Position numbers and translations under genes: made by a program. The notes beneath the pieces were generated by a model that did not search any database, was not told the DNA's origin, and was given only the letters and a program-made list of their open reading frames with translations. A DNA stretch of 64,000 nucleotides from Gammaproteobacteria bacterium (GTDB lineage Bacteria > Pseudomonadota > Gammaproteobacteria > SZUA-140): positions 2,509 through 66,508 of the forward strand of contig JADLET010000084.1 in assembly GCA_020845975.1 (NCBI GenBank). The letters run 5' to 3'. Below are positions 8,893 to 17,571 of this stretch, in pieces; the first letter of the stretch is position 1; every line of letters begins with the position of its first letter.

Positions 8893-9602
8893 TACGCCGC
8901 CCGGAGGACACCGGACCGAAGGAGCGGCTGCAGAGCATCAGTCGCCATTTCCTCGATGAGGGACATTCCCCCCGCTGCATTGCCGTGCTCGGCGTTGCTG
9001 AAAACCCTCATGCCATCCCCATCGATGGCCTGGCCCGCGCACTGGCCGGACGCGGCATCGCGGTCGCCGTCACGGACACGGCCGCGAAACTGCTTGTGCA
9101 TGTTTGCCAGGAACCTGGCGGCATCAGACCCGCCACTGACATCGCGCCATTGTCCAGAGGCCGCGACGACACGCTGGCCAGGCCGCGCCGCGGAGCGCCT
9201 CCCGAATTGATGCTCATCACGACCCCACCGACGGATGCCCGGACCTGCTCCCTGATATTGCTGGCCGTTCCGGCGCAGGCACATGGCATGCGCTCCGCCT
9301 ATCGCAGACTCAAGGGTCTGGCGCGACTCAATCCCATGCCCGCGATCGGAATCACACTGACCGATGCCCGCACATGCGACGAGGCGGCCGCCGGTTTCGC
9401 CCGCTTCGCATCCGCGGCCAGGCGCTTTCTCGGCATCGGGGTCACCAGTTACTCGTACCTCGCCGCCGGCCGGACACGCGGTGAAGACGAGGCATCACTC
9501 AACGATATCGCACGCCTGCTGCTGGCCGATCTGCGCCGCGCGGACCAGGCTGATCAGCTGATGAAATCGCCGGACCAGGAGGCGCCATGGGTATGCGGAT
9601 AA
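8889..9602 (+). CDS. Hypothetical protein with a degenerate ParA/MinD-like fold lacking a P-loop (candidate partner of the upstream ATPase)
   Basis: ATGA start/stop overlap with the upstream gene. Secondary-structure-like pattern CIAVLGV...GIAVAVTDTA...ELMLITTPP...LILLAVP...GITLTDA resembles the ParA core but has no GxxGxGK[ST]. Confidence 0.55.
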   Translation: MIRRPEDTGPKERLQSISRHFLDEGHSPRCIAVLGVAENPHAIPIDGLARALAGRGIAVAVTDTAAKLLVHVCQEPGGIRPATDIAPLSRGRDDTLARPRRGAPPELMLITTPPTDARTCSLILLAVPAQAHGMRSAYRRLKGLARLNPMPAIGITLTDARTCDEAAAGFARFASAARRFLGIGVTSYSYLAAGRTRGEDEASLNDIARLLLADLRRADQADQLMKSPDQEAPWVCG

Positions 9603-10162
9603 AAACCCTCACACTGACATCCGGACAGATCCTGCGTGAACTGATCGTGGATGCCTTGCCGCAAATCCTCGGGGAGGATTTCTCGATCGTCAGCGCTGAC
9701 CTCCCGTTCGATGGCAGCCTGATGCTGTGCCTGGATGCGAAACGACATCCGGCGCTGGTGGCCTTCGATGCCCGCGACAGTGGTCGCGCGCTGCTGGCGG
9801 CTCTGCGTGCCGTGGAAAGACTGGGAGACAACCGCGGCATGCTGTTTCGTCTCTATCCCGCGCTGTTCCCGGACAATGGCCGCCACTTCCCTGAGAACGA
9901 ACTTCGCCTCGTACTGCTCGCACCGGAAGCGCCCCCGGGCACGGCGTATCTTGCCCGCGCCTTTCCGGCCCTGAGTGCTTATACCTTTCGCATCCTGGAG
10001 ATCGACGGAAACCTCGGGCTGCTGGTCGATCCGGCCGCGACCGACACCGGGCGCATCGAGGACGGGGTTCCGCCGGAGACGCCATGCGCGCCGTTCCGCT
10101 GCGGCCTCGACCCCGGGCAGGCGCTCAGCGCACAGGAGGAGCGTCACTTCGCGGACGCCTGA
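9587..10162 (+). CDS. Hypothetical protein (third gene of the ParA-like operon)
   Basis: Overlaps the stop of the previous gene by 16 nt. No recognisable motif. High-GC codon usage consistent with host. Confidence 0.5.
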   Translation: MGMRIKTLTLTSGQILRELIVDALPQILGEDFSIVSADLPFDGSLMLCLDAKRHPALVAFDARDSGRALLAALRAVERLGDNRGMLFRLYPALFPDNGRHFPENELRLVLLAPEAPPGTAYLARAFPALSAYTFRILEIDGNLGLLVDPAATDTGRIEDGVPPETPCAPFRCGLDPGQALSAQEERHFADA

Positions 10163-10229
10163 GGTCGCCGGTTCCCCCGCCGGCGCCAGCCGGCTAGAAT
10201 AGCGCGGACACGCAAGCCAGGAGCCGTCA

Positions 10230-10883
10230 ATGCAGGACTATCAGCAGGCCTTTCTCGACTTCGCCATCGCCCGCGGCGTGCTGCGCTTCGGCGAGTTCAC
10301 CCTAAAGTCGGGGCGCCTGAGCCCGTATTTCTTCAACAGCGGACTGTTCGATGACGGCGACGCCATCGCCGAACTGGGGCGCTACTACGCGGCCGCGATC
10401 CGCGCTTCCGGCATCGCCTTCGACATGCTGTACGGCCCGGCCTACAAGGGCATCCCGCTGGTCGTCGCCACCGCGATCGCGCTCAGCGACCGCCACGGCG
10501 TCAACGTCCCCTACGCCTTCAACCGCAAGGAGGCCAAGGACCACGGCGAGGGCGGCATCATCGTCGGCCGCGCGCTCACGGGCCGCGTGCTGATCATCGA
10601 CGACGTGATCTCCGCCGGCACCTCGGTGCGCGAATCGGTGGACATCATCCACCACGCCGGCGCGACCGTGGCCGGCGTCGCCATCTCACTCGACCGCCAG
10701 GAACGCGGCAAGAACGCGCAGTCCGCCATCCAGGAGGTCGAGGCGCAGTTCGGCATCAAGGTCGCCAGCATCGCCAACCTCGACACGCTGATCCGCTATA
10801 TATCAAAGCGCGCCGATCTCGGGCCAGTGCTGGAACGCATCGAGGATTATAGGAAACAATACGGCGCAAAAGGCGCAGCCTGA
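10230..10883 (+). CDS. pyrE: Orotate phosphoribosyltransferase
   Basis: [36 protein letters not shown] and the PRPP-binding [13 protein letters not shown] motif. 217 aa. Confidence 0.95.
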   Translation: MQDYQQAFLDFAIARGVLRFGEFTLKSGRLSPYFFNSGLFDDGDAIAELGRYYAAAIRASGIAFDMLYGPAYKGIPLVVATAIALSDRHGVNVPYAFNRKEAKDHGEGGIIVGRALTGRVLIIDDVISAGTSVRESVDIIHHAGATVAGVAISLDRQERGKNAQSAIQEVEAQFGIKVASIANLDTLIRYISKRADLGPVLERIEDYRKQYGAKGAA

Positions 10884-10891
10884 AGAAATCA

Positions 10892-10899
10892 ATAGTAGC
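10892..10899. repeat. 8-bp direct repeat ATAGTAGC, left copy, at the left edge of the low-GC insertion
   Basis: Identical 8-mer found again at 11965-11972 at the right GC transition. Candidate target-site duplication. Confidence 0.35.
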
Positions 10900-11056
10900 C
10901 CAGATGAAGGCGCAGAGCGCCGGAATCCGGGAGCATCTATCTAAGACAATCCCCGGATTCCGCTACGCTTCATCCAGGCTACGCTTGCTGTCATTGTCCA
11001 AGGCCAGCAGTTCGATCCCACACAAAGTTGGCCTCGCAAGAAACACTCAACCCAAC

Positions 11057-11476
11057 CTAGGCCTGTTTCAGCGACACTCCATCCGGAATGTAATGCACAT
11101 TGCTTTGGAATTGCTCCCGCCAGCTCCAAAGGTATTCGGTTAGTTTCTGAACTCGGTTTTTACTTAGACAATTCACAGACTGGTCTTGAGTTATGAATTG
11201 AAATAGCTCTTGACCAACATCCTCTCGGCACCACATTGAAAATTTCGTGAGTTCATTTAGTTCTCGATAATTGATTGCCAACGTCATTGGCTCGAATTTT
11301 ATTCTGCTCAGAGCATGGACAATTGCAGTCCGTTCGTAAGAAACACCTAATCTTACACACATCTGCTCGGCCACGTCTGCCCCTGCAAGCCCTTTCTCCC
11401 ACGCCTTATCCGCATTAACACACAGGTACATTAGAAATGCAGACCATTCTCCTGATACTTCAATTTGTCGGCCCAT
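11057..11476 (-). CDS. Hypothetical protein B of the low-GC two-gene cassette (139 aa)
   Basis: ~40% GC. Start placed at the ATG with GAGGAGG SD 10 nt upstream; the ORF-track first codon is TTG. The SD overlaps the stop codon of upstream gene A. No recognisable domain. Confidence 0.6.
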   Translation of the reverse strand: MGRQIEVSGEWSAFLMYLCVNADKAWEKGLAGADVAEQMCVRLGVSYERTAIVHALSRIKFEPMTLAINYRELNELTKFSMWCREDVGQELFQFITQDQSVNCLSKNRVQKLTEYLWSWREQFQSNVHYIPDGVSLKQA

Positions 11477-11491
11477 AACTTCCAAGCCTCC

Positions 11492-11884
11492 TCAAATTGT
11501 GGCATTGAAATATTGCTTCAAGCTTGTGTTAATCCCACCAGACGCATACGTAACAATATGAGTTGACGTGTCAACTGATACAAATTTAATTCCCGGGTGG
11601 TGTCTATCTTCGTATGTGCCGGGGTTATTGTAGATCTCCTGCATAACAGAAACTGGCATTAGATAATACACGGCGGCACTTCCACAAACCCATAGCTCGT
11701 AGTCAGCGGATAACGTGTTTGGATTGATATTGAACTTGTATTTTTCTGGAGCGCGCGAACTCTGAGAACAGAACCGAACATGAACTATGGAACCTTTAAT
11801 CTTATATTTGGCTTTTCCAAGGAAAGAAATATCTGACCCATTTGCAATCACCGATAATGCAGATTTCTTTTCTGCAGTGCTCAT
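11492..11884 (-). CDS. Hypothetical protein A of the low-GC two-gene cassette (130 aa)
   Basis: ATG with AGGA 8 nt upstream (aaaaggaaaacgccATG). AT-rich codon usage unlike the host. No recognisable domain. Confidence 0.6.
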   Translation of the reverse strand: MSTAEKKSALSVIANGSDISFLGKAKYKIKGSIVHVRFCSQSSRAPEKYKFNINPNTLSADYELWVCGSAAVYYLMPVSVMQEIYNNPGTYEDRHHPGIKFVSVDTSTHIVTYASGGINTSLKQYFNATI

Positions 11885-11964
11885 GGCGTTTTCCTTTTCA
11901 AATGATAATTCAACGTAATTAGAATTCGACAGCCTTGACGTATAAATCTACCAATCTAATTCAT

Positions 11965-11972
11965 ATAGTAGC
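11965..11972. repeat. 8-bp direct repeat ATAGTAGC, right copy, at the right edge of the low-GC insertion
   Basis: Same 8-mer as 10892-10899. Lies 5 nt upstream of the tauE stop codon region. Confidence 0.35.
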
Positions 11973-11976
11973 GCCA

Positions 11977-12732
11977 TCACCCAACCACCAGCTTCACCCC
12001 CACCAGCAGCGTCACCACCTCGAACGCACGCTTGATCATTTGGTTACCCTGCGCGATCGCGATGTGCGCGCCGAGGTAGCCGCCGATCAGTGAACCGAGC
12101 AGCAGCGCGGGCAGCCAGTCCCAGCGTACCGCCGCCTGCAGGCCGAGGGCGAGCGCGCCGGCGCCGTTCCAGAACAGGCCGACCAGGATCAGCGTATAGG
12201 CGACCGCGCGCTTGTAGTCGAAGCCGAACCAGCGGATCAGCCACAGGGTCGCGAACAACCCGGTCCCGGAGGACAGCGATCCGTTGACGACCCCGATCAG
12301 GAACAGGCATGCCCCGCCGATCATGAATCCGCGCCGGTCGCGATGTCGCGGCTGGTGTTCCTGACCGAGGCCCGGCTTGAGCCAGGAATAGATCCCCAGC
12401 CCCAGGGTAAGCAGGCCGAGCGTGACCTGGGCCGCGCGATCGGGGACCAGCAGGATCAGGCGCGCGCCCAGCACCACCCCGGGCAGGCCGGCGACCAGCA
12501 TGAAGCCGGCGAAGCGCCGCTCCACCCCGCCTGCCTTCAGATATCGCAGGGTCGCGCCGATACCCAAGGCAACCGTTGCTATCTTGTGCGTTGCGAGCGC
12601 CGTGCCGAAAGGCAGGCCAAGAAAGATCAGCACAGGCAGCTGGATCAGCCCGGCCCCACCCCCGGACAGGGCCGAGAACATGTTCGCCACGAGTGATATG
12701 GCAAACAGGATCAACTGGCTCAACCAGTCCAT
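11977..12732 (-). CDS. TauE/SafE (TSUP) family sulfite/anion exporter-type permease
   Basis: Poly-TM protein with duplicated halves and GxGGG-like motif (SALSGGGAGLIQLPVLIF). 251 aa. Confidence 0.8.
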   Translation of the reverse strand: MDWLSQLILFAISLVANMFSALSGGGAGLIQLPVLIFLGLPFGTALATHKIATVALGIGATLRYLKAGGVERRFAGFMLVAGLPGVVLGARLILLVPDRAAQVTLGLLTLGLGIYSWLKPGLGQEHQPRHRDRRGFMIGGACLFLIGVVNGSLSSGTGLFATLWLIRWFGFDYKRAVAYTLILVGLFWNGAGALALGLQAAVRWDWLPALLLGSLIGGYLGAHIAIAQGNQMIKRAFEVVTLLVGVKLVVG

Positions 12733-13462
12733 GGCGCATACTCACACGAAGTCATCGCATCATCCGCTCACCACCGGGCCATCCCTCCACGGTGTTCCCC
12801 GGCGGCCGGCCTCGAGTATACCCCGGCGGTTACGTGCGGCGTCGATCCTCTTGTGTCTGGGCCTGGCCGCGGTGGACGCCGACAGCGCCACCTATAAATG
12901 GACTGACGAACAGGGCCGCATGCATTACGGAGACACGATTCCCCCGGCGGATATCCATCACCCCTACGAGCAACTGGACAAACAGGGTCTGGTGAACAAC
13001 CGGGTCGATGCCGCTCTGAGTCCGAAAGAGCGCGCCGAACAGCGTCAGCGCGCGCAGGAAGAGGCGACGGCGCAGGAAGAGGCGCGCCGGAACGCGATCC
13101 GCGATCAGTATCTGATTGAAACCTACCAGACCAGGGACCAGGTTGAGGCCGATTACGACGCCAAGCTGGCCAGCATCGACTCCTCCATCACCCTTGCCAT
13201 CTCGGTTCTGGAAAAGCTGACCACCCGGCACGGCGCGCTCGTCCGCCGGGCGGCGGAACATGAACGCGGCGGCGAGGTGACGCCAAAACTCGAACAGGAA
13301 ATCCGCGACATCGACCAGCAGATGGAACACCAGCGTGACTACATCGAGGCACGCCGCAGCGAACGCCTGGCACTCGAGGAAACCGCCGGACAGGATATCG
13401 CGCGCTTCGAACAGCTGCAGGCCGAGCTGCGGCTCGAGGCAGCGCGCAACCGGGAACCCTGA
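12731..13462 (+). CDS. DUF4124-domain periplasmic protein with coiled-coil C-terminal region; start uncertain
   Basis: ATYKWTDEQGRMHYGDTIPP matches the DUF4124 signature (KW.DE.G..HY.D.PP). A signal-like RRLRAASILLCLGLAAVDA precedes it, but no in-frame start codon lies just upstream. The nearest ATG (12731) gives a 54-aa non-signal N-terminus and overlaps the tauE start as CATG. Confidence 0.5.
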   Translation: MAHTHTKSSHHPLTTGPSLHGVPRRPASSIPRRLRAASILLCLGLAAVDADSATYKWTDEQGRMHYGDTIPPADIHHPYEQLDKQGLVNNRVDAALSPKERAEQRQRAQEEATAQEEARRNAIRDQYLIETYQTRDQVEADYDAKLASIDSSITLAISVLEKLTTRHGALVRRAAEHERGGEVTPKLEQEIRDIDQQMEHQRDYIEARRSERLALEETAGQDIARFEQLQAELRLEAARNREP

Positions 13463-13478
13463 CTCGCCGCGGCCTCAG

Positions 13479-13563
13479 AAATTTTGGGTCAGAGTAAAAA
13501 CTCGCCAAGGTTCGAAGTCGAAGCGCGGAACAGTGGCAGAGTTTTTACTCTGACCCCAAATTC
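13479..13563. terminator. Long inverted repeat/hairpin between the convergent DUF4124 gene and argB; likely bidirectional terminator
   Basis: Arms aaattttGGGTCAGAGTAAAAACTC (13479-13503) and GAGTTTTTACTCTGACCCcaaatt (13540-13563) with a ~36-nt loop. Confidence 0.5.
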
Positions 13564-13564
13564 C
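13523..13564. repeat. 42-nt direct repeat copy 1 (gcgcggaacagtggcagagtttttactctgaccccaaattcc), in the argB 3' region
   Basis: Identical 42-mer recurs at 14495-14536, 27 nt upstream of the argB start. Confidence 0.7.
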
Positions 13565-13574
13565 CCCAAATTCC

Positions 13575-14483
<909 letters not shown>

Positions 14484-14494
14484 CTATGCGGTCA

Positions 14495-14536
14495 GGCGGC
14501 GCGGAACAGTGGCAGAGTTTTTACTCTGACCCCAAA
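14495..14536. repeat. 42-nt direct repeat copy 2, in the argB 5' leader/promoter region
   Basis: Exact copy of 13523-13564. Contains the small palindrome cagagtttttactctg. Confidence 0.7.
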
Positions 14537-14608
14537 TTCCAGTCGAGCAAAGCGGCGCGCCTGCGCAAATATTAAACCAAGGCGCGCCGCACGCGCAAAA
14601 GACGGGGC

Positions 14609-16042
14609 TCAGAACGGCAGCACCAGCGTCGAATCGATCGCCAGCAGAGCGCGCCGGAACACCTCCTGCACGCGCTTCAGAGCGGCGGCATCGTCCGCCT
14701 CGAAGCGGATGATCAGGCAGGGCGTCGTATTGGACGCGCGCACCAGGCCCCAGCCGTCGGCGAAATCCGCCCGCAGGCCGTCGATGATCGACACCTGCGC
14801 GTCCGGGAAGCGGGTCGTGGCGAGAAACTTCTCCATGAACACATGATGCATCCCTTCGGCGAAGTCGACCCTCAGCTCCGGCGTCGCTACCGCATCCGGC
14901 AGCGCAGCGAAAACCTCGGTGGCGGAACGCGGGTCGGCCGCCAGGATCTCGAGCAGGCGCGCCGCGGTATACAACGCGTCGTCGAAACCGTACCAGCGCT
15001 CCTTGAAGAAGATGTGCCCGCTCATCTCGCCGGCGAGCGGCGCCCCGGTCTCCTTCATCTTGGCCTTGACGAGCGAATGGCCGGTGCGCCACATGAGCGG
15101 ACGGCCGCCGTGTTCCTCGATCACGCGCGCGAGATGACGCGAGCATTTGACGTCGAAGATGATCTCGGCGCCGGGATTGCGCCCGAGCACGTCGATGGCG
15201 TACAGCATCATCTGCCGGTCGGGCCAGATCACGCGCCCGGTGGCGTCGATCACGCCGAGGCGGTCACCGTCTCCATCGAAGGCCAGACCAAGATCCGCCT
15301 TGCGCTCCTTGACGGCCTGGATCAGGTCTTCGAGATTCTCCGGCTGGCTCGGATCCGGATGATGATTCGGAAAATGGCCATCGACCTCGCAGAACAGCTC
15401 GACCGGCACGCAGCCGAGGGCACGCAACAGGTCCGGCGCCACGGCGCCGGCCACCCCGTTGCCGCAATCGACCACCAGTTTCAGCGGGCGCTTGAGCCGG
15501 ACGTCGCCGGCGACACGCCGGATGTAATCCTCGCTGATGTCATGCGTGCGGTACCCGCCCTCCTGCGCCGCGCTGACCAGATCGCCGGATTCGATGCGCT
15601 GGCGCAGGCGCTGGATGCCCTCTCCCGCCAGGGTCTCGCCACCGATCATGATCTTGAACCCATTGTACTCGGGAGGATTGTGACTGCCCGTCACCATTAC
15701 GCCGGTACCCGTCTTGAGCGCGTGCGTGGCGTAATACAGCAGCGGAGTCGGCGCCAGCCCGATGTCGATCACGTTGATCCCGGTGGAGCGGATGCCGCGG
15801 GCGAGCGCGGCGAGGAAACCGGGACCGGACAGTCGTCCATCGCGTGCCACCACGGCGGCGTTCAGGCCGCGATCATGCGCCTCGCTGCCGATGGCTCTGC
15901 CTATGGCGTACACGACATCGTCGGTGAGCGTCTGCCCAACGATGCCGCGAATATCATAGGCCTTGAAGATTGAAGCGGACAGCACCGGCAATTCACTCAC
16001 CTGAATACCGCCCTCGCCTCCCGTTGTTTTTTCCCGCCCCAT
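14609..16042 (-). CDS. algC: Phosphomannomutase/phosphoglucomutase (AlgC/ManB-type) catalytic region
   Basis: LSASIFKAYDIRGIVGQTL...TGSHNPPEYNGFKI...DGDGDR...VRASNTTP are the classic alpha-D-phosphohexomutase motifs. Internal ATG (MGREKTT...) has GGAGG 6 nt upstream. Synteny dut-algC-argB matches Pseudomonas. Confidence 0.85.
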   Translation of the reverse strand: MGREKTTGGEGGIQVSELPVLSASIFKAYDIRGIVGQTLTDDVVYAIGRAIGSEAHDRGLNAAVVARDGRLSGPGFLAALARGIRSTGINVIDIGLAPTPLLYYATHALKTGTGVMVTGSHNPPEYNGFKIMIGGETLAGEGIQRLRQRIESGDLVSAAQEGGYRTHDISEDYIRRVAGDVRLKRPLKLVVDCGNGVAGAVAPDLLRALGCVPVELFCEVDGHFPNHHPDPSQPENLEDLIQAVKERKADLGLAFDGDGDRLGVIDATGRVIWPDRQMMLYAIDVLGRNPGAEIIFDVKCSRHLARVIEEHGGRPLMWRTGHSLVKAKMKETGAPLAGEMSGHIFFKERWYGFDDALYTAARLLEILAADPRSATEVFAALPDAVATPELRVDFAEGMHHVFMEKFLATTRFPDAQVSIIDGLRADFADGWGLVRASNTTPCLIIRFEADDAAALKRVQEVFRRALLAIDSTLVLPF

Positions 16043-17041
16043 CGTTGTTCCTCCACCTTCTCTGTCTTCCGGCGGACGACCCGCCGTAATACGTTCAATC
16101 ATCGGCGCAAGTTCGCGCAGGGCCACCGGATAGCGGTCCAGCGCGGCATCGAGCCGCCATACATCATACGCCGCATGCTCGAGCGTGCGCAGATCACGCC
16201 TGAGCACGCGCGCCAGCAACGCGAATCCGCCGTAAATCGCCAGCGCTACCAGCGCCAGTGCCGCAGCCGCGGCGATCAGCAGTGCTGACTGCCCGGCCGG
16301 CTGCCTGGCGGGCAGCGGCCAGTAGCTGAGACGCCAGCGCGTACCCTCCAGAGAGATCTCTCGCGGCGCCGCCTGTCGGCCCGGCTGCCCCGGCGTGCGC
16401 GCGAGCACGAGCACACTTCCATCACCCAGCGCCTGTTGCAACTCCGCGTATCCCGCCGCCAGGCTCAGGTCCCGTAAGGGAGCCTGGATCTGATCAACAT
16501 CGAACGACACCAGCAGGTTTCCCGCCAGCGGACGTTCTCCCGCGGACGGACGCACCGCCACCACAACGTCGAAATGCTGCTCCGGGCTCTGGAACAGATG
16601 GACCTCGAGCGGTGGCGAGTTACCCACCTCCATTTGCGCGATCAGCTCGAGGTCAGCGAACCCGAGCTGGGGAAAAGCACCCGCCGGCGGCAATTCACGT
16701 CCGGAGACAGTCAGAACAACCCGGGTGGCGCCGGGGATCAGTCGGGCAATCGCCTGTTCGCGCGCGCGCAACTCCAGCACATCATCATCCTGCACAACCC
16801 GCAGGGTCTCCGTTTCCTCGGCGAAGACCTGCACCTGGCGACGCAGGCCTTCCAGCCTGGATGTCAGCGTTTGCTGCAGGGACGCGGCCTCGGCGGCGGC
16901 AGTGCGTACCTGCTGCTCGGCCAGTGTGCGGGACATGCCGTCGATGGCGACCCAGACCGTCACGCCCACGGCCAGCGCGGATACCGCGAACAGACCCACG
17001 CCGCAGCGGGCAAGGCTGATCCGTGAACCGGTCTCAGACAT
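16043..17041 (-). CDS. In-frame N-terminal extension of the algC ORF: two-TM membrane domain with ~220-aa periplasmic loop (no stop codon before the algC start)
   Basis: Continuous stop-free frame of 333 codons ahead of the AlgC core. TM1 LFAVSALAVGVTVWVAI and TM2 ALLIAAAAALALVALAIYGGFALLA. Either a genuine fusion or an upstream gene reading through. Confidence 0.45.
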
Positions 17042-17115
17042 ACCGATTCCACTCGTCTGTCGCGCGCATACGCGCCTCGTTACCCATACAGAATGACGCT
17101 ATGTGGGACGCGAAT

Positions 17116-17571
17116 TCAATGACGGCCGGAATGACCGAAGCCGCCGTCTCCGCGATCACTGCGATCGAATTCATCCACGATCTCGAATTTCGCCTTCACG
17201 ACCGGCACGAACATCATCTGCGCAATGCGCTCACCGACGGCGATGGAAAACGGCTCCCGGCCACGATTCCAGCACGATACGAACACCTGCCCCTGATAAT
17301 CGGAGTCAATCAGACCGACCAGATTGCCCAGCACGATGCCGTGCTTGTGTCCCAGACCGGAGCGCGGCAACAGCACGGCGGCGACGCTGCCGTCGCCGAT
17401 ATGGATCGCGAGGCCGGTCGGGATCAGGTGCGTCTCACCCGGACGAATCTCCAGCGGAGCATCGAGACAGGCGCGCAGGTCCATCCCCGCCGCGCCTGCG
17501 GTCATGTATTCCGGCAGGGGGAATTCCGTACCCAGCCGGGAATCAAGAATCTTGAGCTGCACCTTGTGCAT
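17116..17571 (-). CDS. dut: dUTP diphosphatase
   Basis: [36 protein letters not shown] parallels E. coli Dut. 151 aa. Confidence 0.95.
   Translation of the reverse strand: MHKVQLKILDSRLGTEFPLPEYMTAGAAGMDLRACLDAPLEIRPGETHLIPTGLAIHIGDGSVAAVLLPRSGLGHKHGIVLGNLVGLIDSDYQGQVFVSCWNRGREPFSIAVGERIAQMMFVPVVKAKFEIVDEFDRSDRGDGGFGHSGRH

Noticed and set aside
10892-11972. Treating the 8-bp direct repeat as definitive target-site duplication
   Set aside because: An 8-mer match within two ~100-nt windows has a non-trivial chance probability (roughly 0.1-0.2). I kept it as supportive, not conclusive. It is reported as a finding with that caveat.
12044-12745. 233-aa minus-strand ORF overlapping tauE in another frame
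   Set aside because: Extremely Arg/Pro/Gly-rich and fully overlapping a gene with clear membrane-protein periodicity. Spurious.
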